Positions 1 through 13,943 are shown, numbered from the stretch's first letter. The stretch: 64,000 nucleotides of DNA from the human T2T-CHM13v2.0 reference genome, Homo sapiens (GCF_009914755.1 NC_060937.1); one strand, 5' to 3'. A program made the numbers and translations. The notes: generated by a model not told the origin, from the sequence alone.

Positions 1-691
1 GAACAGACAAAGCCAGCTATTTTGCAGGCTAGTAAACTGTTATCTTAGACTAAACTTCTTTAGTTCAGGTGAGAGCACCTAAGGGCCGGGGGGAAGGGAG
101 GGAGAAGGGGAGGCCGGCAAGCAGGCACTGGCGATCCAGGCAGGGGCCTCGGACCTCCTGTTTCTTCTGTAGTTTGCTGACTTAAGCCGATTCAAGGCAC
201 TTTGTCTTGGAAACGGACCACTGTAGACACTGTTGCCTTCACTCCCCGCTTGGCCTCCTTTGTTCTTCTAGGAGAAGATGCCTCGGCACTTTCACGAGTT
301 TGGGGTGTGCACAGATGGGGCTTCTAGTAGGCTCCTGTGCCTTCGAGTGGCTTCCCAGACACCGCCTGGGGTTGTGGACCTGAGCCAGGCCAGTCCTCTC
401 GCTGTCAGAGAAACGGCGTGCACTGCTCAGCTGCTCAGTCCTGGGCTTTGGGGGCTACGTGACATCCATTCCTGTCAAAAATCCATGGCGGCCATAAAGA
501 TTCAGCAAATGCACCGACGCTCAAACAGACAAATGTCCCGGCACTTCCTTTTGTGGTTGGGGCTTTTTCTTCTGTTCAGGGAAACATTTGTCTACCCCAA
601 GCTTATAACAATATCCCAAGAATGGGGTTTGATCAGACTTCTATGTACACCAGTCTCACAGACGCCCTCAATAAGTGCTTTTAAAAGTTCT

Positions 692-1007
<316 letters not shown>

Positions 1008-1718
1008 CTAATGAAAGCCTGTGTCATAGCTTAATTGACAGGGGTTTTCTTTCAGGACAAGAGGTGCCTGCACCATCCCAAAGCCTCGGCTGCCGGGCCA
1101 GTGCTCTCAGACACGAGGCATCAGCTCGTTTCAGTGGAACAAGCTTTCCTCCTCACAAGATGCCAAGAACCCGCGCCACCCACGGGCACAGCAGGGGTTT
1201 GGAATGCAGGCATTCCCAGCTAGGTCTGGCGTGAGCTTAAACCACCCGTTGTTAAATCCTCATGAAAAGTCACTTACAAAGTTCTCCTGCATACAGAGTA
1301 GTGGAGGGCAGAGGGTGTCTCACAGGCCTGCTGGGCCCGTTGCACCCATACTCCTTCCCTCCCTTCTGTCCAGTCTCCCTCCGTGTCCCAGAGGACACCC
1401 CAGCCCTTTGGCCCCCCGCGGCCCAGGTGCAGTGGCCGAAGTCCAGCTCCCTGGGTCTTGCTCCGAGGCCGGCACAGTCTTGACTGGACCAAGAGAGGGT
1501 CTGGGGAGTGCATGGCCTTGTCTCTCTAAGCACATCCTAAGGAGTTCTCCTCCCACTTGGGGCCTTGCCCCAGACCCTCCCTCCTGCCCAGGAGCACTGC
1601 TCCAGGCTGGCCACATTCACCCGATGGGGGCTCTGCCCCTCGCCCCAGGCCTGAGTCCTACCTCATTTATGCGGCTGCTTCAACAATGCAAGGAAGAGAT
1701 TTGTAATGGGAAAGGTAT

Positions 1719-1724
1719 TTTATT
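1719..1724 (-). terminator. Candidate poly(A) signal for the long ADPRHL1 isoform
   Basis: AATAAA on minus strand in an AT-rich patch, followed by a U/GU-rich tract (CTTCCTTGCATTGTTG); another AATAAA at ~2589. Confidence 0.55.
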
Positions 1725-2205
1725 TCTTTTTGAAATTATTTCCAGCTGAATGATGTTAGTAAAAATACAGAGAGAATACAACAAATGACATTTAGTAATT
1801 TTTTCTGACTAACCCATTTTAGGGTTGTTTATATACAAAGAAGAATATGAACAAGAACAAATTTAATAAATAGCTGTAGCCTAATACACAACCGAAAGAC
1901 CGTAACTCCAACAGCAGAGACACCCTGAGAACAGAATAAGGAGGTGGTGCTGAGCGTGTAAAATCCCAGACAACGACCCTCCCTGAGCGAGTGTCCTGAA
2001 CATGACCACATTCTCGTCGCCGTCTCGGGACCTTCCTGCCGCCTGAGTGCACCGCCTCCCGCCCGGCTGTTGTCACTTGCACCCACAGACCTGCGGCTCA
2101 CAGCGGGCCTGTCGACAGCCGGAGGCACCGTAAAAAACTGCAGGGAGGAGGCAGTCAACGAGTCGCTCAACTACACAAAATTAATGATGTTAACTAAGAA
2201 GCTAA

Positions 2206-2536
<331 letters not shown>

Positions 2537-3001
2537 ACTTTCTTTCTTTCTTTTTTTTTTTTTTTAAAAAAACAAAACAACTTTGGGTTTTATTTAAAAT
2601 GCCCGTGGAGGTGGTTAGCGCCCCATTCTTCTGCTGTAGTTATTTCACCCCGGGAGGGTGTGGGCCTTAGCCATGTGGCCGTGATGGTCGTATCTGAAGT
2701 GTGAATACTTCCCCGCGCTATCTTCTAACCTGCGCTGTCTCAGCTTAGTGTGAACGTACGGACCGTTCTCAAATCCTGGTGAAGTCACTGGCAGTTTTTT
2801 CCTGCACACAGAGTAGCTGTGCTGTTTTTGAGCTGAGGGCAGTGTCATGCTGGGCTGCATCTGGCACATGGAGAGGACGGGCCAGTCGAGCAGGTGGCCT
2901 CCTGGCCGCTCACAGACTCTGCGCCCGCCAGACTGTGAGAGGGGTTCAGGCACGACACTTCCGGAGCTGTCATCTGGAGGAGATTCTCATCATTTTTTCC
3001 A

Positions 3002-3094
3002 CCACTTAAAATAAAACCACTCAATGCCTTCTCCAGTGTACTCTCTGGTCTATTTAAAAATAGCAGCGCAAGTCCCACCACTTCTTATTTATAA
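3002..3094. promoter_or_regulatory. Candidate cardiac/muscle enhancer: 2 NKX2-5-type and 2 MEF2-type motifs
   Basis: CCACTTAA 3002-3009, CCACTCAA 3017-3024, TTAAAAATAG 3054-3063, TTATTTATAA 3085-3094. Confidence 0.45.
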
Positions 3095-5470
3095 AGGGAA
3101 CAGCCAGTGAACATATTTTTACCTCCCGTGTCTGTCATCATGTTCTTGCCACTCATTGCCTCCAATTCCAAATAGGTAAAGAGTGAGGGCCGTGCCGCTG
3201 TGCCTGGAGTGGCAGGGGCAGCCACACAGACCTGGGGGTCCCTGAGCTCCCCCAGCTCCAGGGAGGACGCCCCAGGCATGAGCAGGGGCCGCCAACAGGA
3301 CAAAGAGGCCACTCTGTCAGCCTCTGCTGGACCCCTGAGCTCCCCTCTCATGGGCCTCTCCGTTTGGGTGGCTCCGAGAGGCCAACTCCAGCCCCAACTG
3401 CAGGCTCCCAGGACTGCAGGGGCAGGGACTCTGGAGGTCCGTGTGCTTCGTGAGAGAGGGGACCCTGTCCTCCTAGCAGGGGTCCAGCGGCACCACAGCA
3501 AGACTTCTGTGGCCAAGTACACGCCATGCTCAGCTCTGCCCCCACCCGCACCCCCGGACCATCCTGTGTGCAGCTGGGCTGCCCCGGGACCCACACGCGC
3601 GAGGGGCACCCGGTGCTCAGGAGCCTCCACACACAGCAGCTCGCACTTAGAACCCACACGCCAAGCAGAAACCCCTCGAAGCGGGCTGGGAGCACGGACC
3701 CCTGATTTATAGAGGAGGCCCCGGGGGCCCTGTCGGGGGAGCTGTGGGGACCGGCCCCCCAGAGCTCAGCACAGCCCGGCCCTCCTTCCAGACACCAGCA
3801 CTCGCATGTCCCAGCAGGTGAGGGTGGGTCAAACCTGCTGGATCTGAAGTTAATTGTTCGACTGGAAGGAAACCTGTGCGCTCCCCGGAGCATGACGCCA
3901 CGCCGCCTCCTTGGCGCTGCAGAGCCAAAGCCACTGGCGTCTGCCGGGATGGACCTTCCCTGGAAGGAGAGACCTCAGCCCCGCGTGGGTAGGACGCGCC
4001 TGCTGAACGCCCTCTCAGGGCCGACACTGGAAAACACCTTCCTCTAAAGGAACATCCGAGTCAGAAAACAGGTGCTCGCAGCAGGCACCAAAGCGCCTTT
4101 GCGAACGCTTAGGGCTGTTTCAGGAAACCGCTCAGTAGCAAAGGCAGAAGATGCCAAGACACCTTCAAAAAGCAGGAATTAACTTTCCACAGGGAGGGCA
4201 CCACCAAAAACAAGGGTGCGGGGCTGTAGGGCGACAGGCTGCATCGGTTCACGCTGAAAATCCAGCTGCTCCGGGGCCACTCAGGCAGCCGTGTGGCCTC
4301 ACGGGTCCGGGTTTCAGAGGCCACCGAGTGGCCTGGGACGATGGATCGCGACACGGAGGTGCATGGCTCCATCATGGGGAAGAATGTGCTTTAAAATAGG
4401 TGCATGGAGGAAGAGCCTAAAAAATAGTCCAGAGTAGCAACAAAAACCATCTCGAGGCAATGTGACCACAGGTGGCTTTGATTTCCTTCTTGTGCCTCTA
4501 GACAGCATTCAAATATTCCAGCCTGAACATGCATTACCTCAGTACCTGAACAGGGCCGGAGTCGTGGGCCGTCTCGGGCCAGGGCAGGAAACACTTCTAT
4601 GCTGTTCGGGAGGACGGAGGACAGACAGCGAGGCTCTCAGGTCACCGGCACCAGTGGCACCACCCACAGGGACTGCAGGGAAGGGCGGGCAGGCTCCCGT
4701 TCGTTCTCCCAGCACCCAGTTTCCAGACGAAGCCTCCCTGGGATCCTGGCTTCCCACGGCTCTGCACTGTCCCTTTCTCAGAACTTAACGTGGGCATTTC
4801 CTGAGGCCTCTTCCTCCGGATGAGCTGGTTTCGGCCTGGGATCCCAGCGTCCCCACACCCTCTGGTGACCACCACATGGCCCAGCAGCCACACAGCACCC
4901 GGCACCCACCTGGGCGTCTGAGGCTGGAGGAAGCTCTGCCCTTTCTTTCGAGTCATGGGGGTGGGGCGGTGTGCATCACTTTGGGCCCATGGATGGTGGG
5001 TGCCATGCGGCCACGTCAGAGCAGGGCATGGTGGGGTGTGGGCAGGGAGCAGTGGGAGGTGGCCCTGTGAGAGCTGGGGAGGTGTCCCAAAGTGCCAGCA
5101 TCCTGCAGATCGAAGGGGACGCACACACCGTGCCACTGCGGGAGGTGTGAGCTCCACGCTGCAGGCTGTGTGAGAGAGGGGTGAGCCGGCGCCCCCGAGT
5201 GAAGACACAAAGAATCCCGAGGGCCTGGTGAGGCCACAGGCCCGCACCTCCCACCCCCATGGCCTCGTGGCTCTGTGGGGTGACAGGAACCCGACCCACA
5301 TGTAGCTCAATCCTCCCAAGGTCAGCTTGTGAAGAAGGGAAAGAAAATTATGGAAACAGGCGTCTCTGTAGGGGATGCTCCAAGACGCATTTGGAGGCAG
5401 GAAAATGCCTGAAGTCCCTCAATGGGCGGATGTCACAGTGCTGGGCGAGCCACGGTGTGTACTCGGGGCC

Positions 5471-8400
5471 TCACTTTGGGAGCTCAGACGTGTCGCTGGC
5501 CCTGACGCTCATTGGTCTGAAGGACAAATCGAAGGCCCTCTGGTCACGGAAGCTCTGGGCTTTGTACTTGGCCAGGTGCCTGGACCTCCCGCGACGCTCG
5601 GGCTCCGATGCCTCCATCCTGTCCTGCAGGGCCCTCTCAGCCCCAGGGTGGTCTGGGGACCCCTCCTGGGCCGGGGCCTGGGGAGTCCCGCAGCCCCCAG
5701 CCTCAGGCTTGGGCTCAGTTGGGCTCTTTCCCAGCCCCAGGGGAGAGGTGGCAATGCTCTTGCCCCTGAGGGGGCGGCTTCCTGGGGGTGGGTACCCGGC
5801 GCTGGGCTCCCCCAGGCCACTGCCCCCTGACTGTCCACCATCCCTGGGGGCTGGGCTTCTGGACCCCCCACTCCTGCCAGCAGCATCCACTCCCTCAGCT
5901 ATGCCACTAATGGGCTGCTCCCAGGCCCGAGGCGCCATCCCACTTGTCAAGGCCTGTTCCCGACCCTGTTCCCAAGCCCGTTCCTGAGCCCCTTTCTGGG
6001 TCTGCCTCTGAGTCTCTATCTGGGTCTGCTCCCAGCCCTGATCCCGAGCCCGATCCCGAGCCCATTCCTGAGCCCCTTTCTGGGCCTGACCCTGAGCCTC
6101 TATGTGGGTCTGCTCCCGACCCTGTTCCTGAGCCCGTTCCTGAGCCCCTTTCTGGGCCTGTTCCCGAGCCCGTTCCTGAGCCCCTTTCTGGGCCTGTTCC
6201 CGAGCCCGTTCCTGAGCCCCTTTCTGGGCCTGTTCCCGAGCCCGCTCCTGAGCCCCTTTCTGGGCCTGTTCCCGAGCCCGTTCCTGAGCCCCTTTCTGGG
6301 CCTGTTCCCGAGCCCGTTCCTGAGCCCCTTTCTGGGCCTGTTCCCGAGCCCGTTCCTGAGCCCCCTTCTGGGCCTGACCCTGAGCCTCTATCTGGGTCTG
6401 CTCCTGAGCCTGTTCCTGGGCCCGTTCCTGAGCCCCTTTCTGGGCCTGACCCTGAACCCGTTCCTGAGCCCCTTTCTGGGTCTGTTCCTGAGCCCATTTC
6501 TGGGCCTTTATCTGGGTCTGCCACTGGGCCTGTCCCTGAGCCTCTTCCTGGGCCCATTTCTGAACCTCTCCTTGAACCTGTTTCTGGGCCTGTCCCTGAA
6601 TCTGCCCCTGAGCCCATTTCTGGGCCTGTCCCTGAACCTGTCCCTGGGCCCCACCCTGAGCTGGTTCCTGTGCCTGCCCCTGGGCCTCTATCTGGGTCTG
6701 CCACTGGGCCTGTTCTTGAGCGTGTCCCTGAGCCTGTCCCTGGGCCCAATTCTGAAACTGTTTCTGGGCCTGTCCCTGACTGTGTCCCTGGGTCCCACCC
6801 TGAGCCTGTTCCTGTGCCTGCCCCTGGGCCTCTATCTGGGTCTGCCACTGGGCCTGTTCTTGAGCGTGTCCCTGAACCTGTCCCCGGTCCCATTCCTGAA
6901 CCTGTTTCTGGGCCTGTCCTTGGGCTGCCGGGCTTCCCGGCCCCTCGGGCTCCCCTGGAGGCACAGCTGGGTTCCTGGCAGCCCTGGTGCCCTCTCCCCA
7001 CGCCGTGCTCCGCCCCCGCTCCTCCCAGGGTCCCTGCAGATGCTGCTGACCTTGGTCACTGCGCTGGCAGGCGCCCCCAACCCCAATGGCCATCCCTTTG
7101 TCCCCGGCCAGATCCTGTGCCCACCATGTCTGAGGCTCTTTTGCTGGGTTCAGCACAACCTTCGAGCCCGACGGCGCCACCCTCTTCCCCGCATCCCCGG
7201 GCTGGGGGGTCTCCTCCTGTGCCTGGTGACTCTGTTGCCTCCCCAGGTCCGCCTGTGTCAGGGGACGCTCCTGGGATTCACCTGCCTGCGTCCTAGGCTC
7301 GGGGACACTGGCCCGGAGCTTTGCCTGTGTGTCACCAGCAGTAGGGGGCAGGTGTGCCTGTAGATGGGGAGGGCCCCGCTGGTGGGTGCCACCTACCCAC
7401 CCCATGTCCACCTCCGCGGGAGGCACTGCGGGAAGCAGATGGTCAGGCTCCGCCCCACGGGGAAACCTGACGCCCTCCCTGCCCTTTGCCTGTGGGTTCT
7501 CAGGAGGCGACGGCGGGAGGCCAGGGCCATAGCTGGGGGACTCTGCCACGCTCCTTGCCTGTGGCCTAGGATGATCAGAAGCAGGAATTCCAGACTCTGT
7601 GCTGAAACCCAAAAGGTTTCCTTCCACAGCCACATCCTTTCTGCCTCCTACAGCTGCTGTATGTCTGCTGGCTGCTGATGTGTTTGAAATGTATAATCGG
7701 GCCGCCTCTGGGTGCCGGGCGAGGGCCGCAGCATCCTCCGGGTGGCGGGCGAGGGTCGCAATGTCCTCTGGGTGCTGGACGAGGGCCACGCCTCTCAGGA
7801 GGCTCCTCCCTGCTGCTCCACTCTTGGGCTCCAAGGATCCCCCAGGGGCCAGGAGGCCGTGGCTGTGAGGGTCTCGAGGGAGAGCCTCTCCTCTGGGGTG
7901 GCTTTCGGACAAGGCTCTGCTTCCCCACTGGCCCAGCGTCTCTGGCTCTCCCGCTGTGCGGTCTCCAGGGCTCTGGGTGCTGCCTGGCGCTGGTGCAGGC
8001 GTGGCGCGGCTCGCAACGCTCCCTGCAGCTGCCATCGCCCCACAGGCTTTCATACCTGGTTTGGGTGGTTCATTTAATGAGGACAGTGGGTTCTCGCGAA
8101 CATCATGGCTGGTGATTTCCTCGGCAGCCTTCAGGGGCTGAGAAGACTCTATTAGCAGCGGCCTTCTGCATTCCTCCAGCGCACCGGGCACTGTCATGCC
8201 CATCGGGGTGACACCCTCAGGCCCCGTACGCCCCTTGGATGATGCCGCCAGTGACGTGGGGGCTCCTGTTGGGTTTCTCCCAGTCGGGGACGGCACTTGC
8301 TGGCTGCTGGAGGCATGGCTGGTGTTTCCCCTCAGAAGGTTTTGTGAGGCTGCAGGATCATTTGTTGCGGAGCCCTTCTTCTGCATTGATATTTCATTAG

Positions 8401-10313
8401 ATTCCGGCAACGGATGCTTCACATCTCTGAGCTCAGAGGTCCTCTCTCCTGAAATATCGTCAGGATTCCTGGGACCGTGTGAATTCTCAAAGCTGCCTTT
8501 GTTTTCCTTCCCGCCAGCAGGATCTGTCTGGAGTCTCTGTGTCAGAAGTGTCTCTGGGACACTGTGGTCGGCGCCCACAGCCCCTCTTGCTGCTGCCAGA
8601 CGCGGAGCTGCCCGTGGCCCCTGCGGCGAAGAGGCGCTGAGTCCCGCCTGCATCCCTGAAAGCTTGCTCAGTTCCACTGGGGCTCGGTGACCCCTTCTGT
8701 TCTCAGTCACGGTGGGAAATTCTGTGTGGGCATTTTCAACCACATTCTCTCCTCCACAAATACAAGGTTTGTTTTCACCACTTGACATATTTTGCAGCCT
8801 GGTGGGAGGGGCTGGCATTTCATGGACAACTGGAATTTGGACAGTTATCCGTGGAGGCTCCGTGGCAGGCTGTGTTCTCCGAGCAGCCTGGACCGATGGA
8901 GCGTTCAGGGGTGGGATGTGCTCCGGCACCTTCTGTTCTGGGAAATACTTCTGGGTGGCAAAGAGGGGGTCTCTCCCTGGGTCTGGGAAGCCTGCTCCTT
9001 CCCTTTCATCCTCTGAACTGCAAACAGTCATGGTGATTTCAGGGCCCTCCCCTGCACACTCGCCTGGGGGCCCAGGAGGCCACGTGAGCCTGGCTCCCCT
9101 CACCTCCTGGACGCCTCCTGCGGTGCTCTCTGCGGTGGGGTCTGCAGTCCCATCACCTCCGGCTGATCCGGTGCCCCAAGGGCTGGCCGGTCCCAGTGGG
9201 GATGATGCAGGCACAAGGCCAGGAAGGACTCCACCTGTGCAGGGAGCACAAGAGAAGGCCAGCGAGGGGACAGCGTGGCCGTCCCTCTGAGCCATCACCT
9301 GGGGTGTCACGGGCTTCGAGGGCCTTGGCTGTCTTTGGGGCTCCTCCTCCAGGGGCCCCTTTCCCACTGCTTTGTTCCCACTGGGCCCCGTCTCCCTGGC
9401 ACTAGGGGGCACGCTGGCTTCTCCTCTGGGTGGACGCCTTGCCTCCGAGTGGCTGATTTTGGTGCAGTGGGACAGCCAGCTCCTGGGGCCACAGACGACG
9501 GTGGCGATGCTGAGGGCCGGCAGGGGCTCAGCCGTGCAGGCCAGAAAGCGGGCAGGGGGCATCTTGACGCAGGTGCTGGCCATGGTGGCCGTGTGCAGCA
9601 CGCGCACCTCCGGCCGGTGCATCCTCTTCCTCTGCAGGTTCCTCTTCTTCCGCTCCTGCGTGTGCAGCCTCAGCGCACTGGCCTCGGAGCACAGGCAGCT
9701 GTTCTGCTCGAACTTCTCCCGCAGCTTGGACAGCACCGAGCTCTTGCCCATGATCTTCGGCAAGAGGCCCCTGGCGGCTTTGGGCCGCTCCACAGGGGGC
9801 TTCTCGCGTGCTTCTTTCTCCTTCGCCTCCTTCTCCTCGGCGGCCAAGAATATCTTCAGGATGTTTTTCACGGTGCTCTTCCCGGCCGGGTGGCCCCAGC
9901 GGGGCTTCTCGCTGAGGCAGGGCTTTGGGGCCGGCTCCTTGGTCTTCTCCAGGAGCTTGTTGATGGTGGCACCCACGAGGCCCCCACCCGGCCCCTGCTT
10001 GTCCTTGGAGATCAGCCGGCCCACCTCCCTGGTCCTCTTGAGGTAGCGCTCCCGGCCAGTGCCCAGGAACTTGGCCTGCAGGAGCTGGAAGCGCGTGGGC
10101 CGCTGGGTGGCCTCCTGGGTCTGGGGCTGGTGGCTGGGCCTGCTCCCCCCGGCCTCTGTCCCCGGGGGCCGGTCTGCGCGGCCCGTGACGTAGAGCAGCA
10201 GGCTGCTGAGGATGGAGTGGGCGGCCGGGTCACAGGCCAGCTTGCCCATCTTCTTCTTCAGGGTTTGGGCGTCCACAGACATGACGTCACTGCAGGTCTT
10301 GCTGCTCTTCCGG
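5471..10313 (-). CDS. ADPRHL1: ADPRHL1 alternative terminal exon 8 (long isoform, 1967 aa in total); low-complexity tail
   Basis: Acceptor TTCCTTTTTCTCTGCAG|C at 10313 and a 4843-nt open frame; phase matches the exon 7 internal donor (AA+C = Asn, then [10 protein letters not shown], then the Met at 10282). Confidence 0.88.
5950..6920 (-). repeat. Coding tandem repeat in exon 8: 36-bp unit ([12 protein letters not shown]) plus a 144-bp duplication
   Basis: Six exact ERAREQ units plus degenerate Q/A/G/E units; identical blocks at ~6664 and ~6808. Confidence 0.9.
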
Positions 10314-10934
10314 CTGCAGAGAAAAAGGAATCATCACCTACTTCATCATCATTTTTCTCCAAGATGACTCTATAGAACATTTATCATGGGGCAATCCCAC
10401 CTTTTCAGGGGCCCCAAAAGTCTGGTAGGGAGAAAAAGAGATTAGGAGCCAGGAGCTGTGGCTTCTGGGCTGTCTCTGCTGTTAATTCGGGGTTGGCAGG
10501 GATGCCAAAGCTTTTCTGGGTCACTGTTTCCTGTTAAATGGCAGGAACTTCTGACACACGCTCCTCCTAAGGGCATTGAGGAGTTGACATTGAACAGTTT
10601 AGTGAAAGCGTTTGGAAAACCACTTTGCATATGCAACATATTAAAAGAAAATTTTAACAAACATACTTTGCTTGTACAGTAGGTAAAAAAGCACATATAA
10701 AGAAGTGTCTATTCTCTGTGTGGACTGTGTATGTCTCTACCTTTAAGTATGAAAGATAAAATTAACAGCATATTTAAATTCTGCCATGATCCCAGGGACC
10801 TGGGTCCCTACAGCAGAGACTGAAGATTCAGCAAACCGCTCAGGCTTGGGGTGGGCGGAGAAGGCAGAAAGAGTTTCCTCACAAGCTCCTGGGCAGGAAC
10901 CAGCACTGCAGTGGGCAGTGCCCACCAGGAGCAG

Positions 10935-11090
10935 GGGAGGAGGGGGCTGCAGAGAGGAGGGGAGGAGGGGGCTGCAGAGAGGAGGGAAAGATGGGGCTAC
11001 TGAAAGGAGGGGAGGAGCGGGTTGCAGAGAGGAGGGGAGGTTGCAGAGAGGGAGGAAAGAGGGGGCTGCAGAGAGGAGGGAGGAGGGCTG
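10935..11090. repeat. GA-rich low-complexity repeat (GGGGGCTGCAGAGAGGAGGGG-like)
   Basis: About 6 degenerate copies. Confidence 0.8.
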
Positions 11091-11695
11091 GGATCACTTG
11101 GCTGGGTCTCCGGAACCCCTTTCAAAATGGCTTAGAGGAGCCACTGAGGCTGGGGGCTGCCGCCCTTTCCCAGTGAGATGTTTTTCTGCAGGTTCACCAG
11201 GGATTCCTTCCCACCAGCCCAGCTTTCAAAGAGACGGGACCAAATGGGTCTTGGCTGGAGAGACAGGGTCTTTGTGATTTGATGGTGTTTTCTGAGCCTG
11301 GGTCCGGGGTAAGTTCTGCTCCTGAGCAGCCGTGACCACAGGAGCAAAGCTGGAAGGTCTCCCCATCTGTGGCAGGGGGTGGAGCCGTCTCTGACCTCCC
11401 CAGATGATAATTTTGGGTAGACGCACCCAGAATCTTAGCTGTCACACCTGTTAGTCATTCATTCTAAGGAGATCATCAGGGATGAGGAACAAAGACTCGA
11501 GTATTACAGGAAAAGTCGCCTTCATGGTGCCGTTTATAATGTTGAAAAATCTAGAGCATCCTCGATGTCCAACTCCAGGGCGGCCGCACAATGGCACGTC
11601 CACATTTGTGGGAGAAGAGTCGGTGGCCGGATGCGGCTGGTGACGTGGTGCCAAGTGAAAAGCTCACTCTAACCCGATTGTTTTTAAGAAGCTGA

Positions 11696-12527
<832 letters not shown>

Positions 12528-13191
12528 AGGCAGACGGCGCTCCTTCCAAACCTGCCAAGGATGAGACATTTACACGAAAACTAAACTCGGAACCTGCTGC
12601 AAGGCCACAGTGTGCTGCGAGCTGGGACGACTGTAAAAATAAACTAATCCAAGGAGCAGCTGTGCGTCCTGCTGCCAGGCACGCCCTCGTTCTGAGTCAT
12701 TGGAGCCCACCCAGGAAGGAGCCGCTGTGTCCCTATGGCTGGTAAAGTGATCCCGGGCGGCCCCAGAACTGCCCCAGCCAGAGGCCGCCCACACCCCCCT
12801 GAACCCAGAGTCGACAGGCGCACCCTCAACTGCGCCGTGGGGATGGGGAGGGCAGAGGAGCAGGCCGACCTCGGGGTTGGGGGACCAGCCTGGGGGCATT
12901 GTGCTCCCTCTGAAGGCTGCACCCCCAGCGAAGGGTCAGCGGCCCTACCTGCCTTCCGCCGGGCGTCTCTGGACACGTCCCCTCTGCTATGACTTGGCGG
13001 CCCGTGGAGGGCTGCGCTCCCTTCACCCCAGGAGGCTGAACTTCTCAGAGCCTGTCACACGTTTTGTCCCCGCTCTGGGCATTTCAGTTGTCTTAATGAC
13101 TTTGCAGGTGAGTCATTCGGATGACTGAACCATGCTGACTGCTTGTGGTGGGGACATTCTGATCATCTGAATAAAGGCCACCAGGCTCAGC

Positions 13192-13214
13192 CACGTGTGA
13201 CGTCAATCCGCCCC
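13192..13214. promoter_or_regulatory. Abutting E-box, full CRE and GC-box
   Basis: CACGTG 13192-13197, TGACGTCA 13198-13205, CCGCCCC 13208-13214. Confidence 0.4.
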
Positions 13215-13943
13215 TTCCCACATCCCTCGCTGATGGCTTCTGAGCCCCACCGTCCAAATAGAAAGATGAAAAACAGAGCTGGAATTAAACCAGCTCATCC
13301 TCCTGCCTTGTTAGGAGGCGAGCTTGGATGAAGAGAGTAATGGAGCTCCAGGCTGATTTCTAAATTCCCATTGCCCTGGCCTCAGGTGGTGGGCAGCTTG
13401 GTGACGGGACCACTCCCCACACTCGGAGCCCCTTGTCGAGGCTGAGCGTCTGTTCTGGGTGGTGGGGCCATGTCAGTGGATCCTCATAGGTTGGACTAGC
13501 TGCATGTCCTCCTTATGAGTCATAGTGGCTCAAAATCCAGTTTAGCTCTTCCACCGCACATCTAAGTCTGTAACCACTTATGAGGTCAGCGTGTCATCAA
13601 GACCTGGCCAGCAACCAGCGGTGAGCGTGGAGGACGTACTTGGCCACCCGGTCCAGCTCTTCAGCTGTCACAGCCGGCTTTCACCCCGCAGCGTGATCAT
13701 CTGAGACACGTTTTCACTCACAGAGATCAGGATGCTCTTCTGGGTTTATTGGCTGAGGATTAGGGGATTCGGCCAGAGCTACAAAGTCCTCTTTGGGGTG
13801 AGCCCCGCCTTGCTGAGGTGTCCTCAGCCATGGACCTGTGGCTGTCGGAGGCGTCCGCGGTTCAGGATGACGCCCTTGGCGGGAGCGAGAGGGGTTTCCA
13901 CAGCCCCCTTCACAGAGCCTTTGTGTTTTGCAATCATCATTAA

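Noticed and set aside
1-690. Possible ERV LTR/internal fragments and the 177-aa ORF at 278-811
   Set aside because: The sequence looks LTR-like but I cannot assign a family by eye; the ORF has no recognisable domain and ends in an Alu.
4390-4427. MEF2-like motifs TTTAAAATAG and CTAAAAAATAG
   Set aside because: Each deviates from YTA(A/T)4TAR; too weak without chromatin data.
5907-7363. Overlapping PEP-rich, GSG-rich and Leu/Phe-rich ORFs
   Set aside because: Shadow frames of the 12/36-bp coding repeat in exon 8.
8196-10375. Plus-strand ORFs (164-366 aa) as an antisense gene
   Set aside because: Expected opposite a GC-rich coding exon; no independent promoter or splice evidence.
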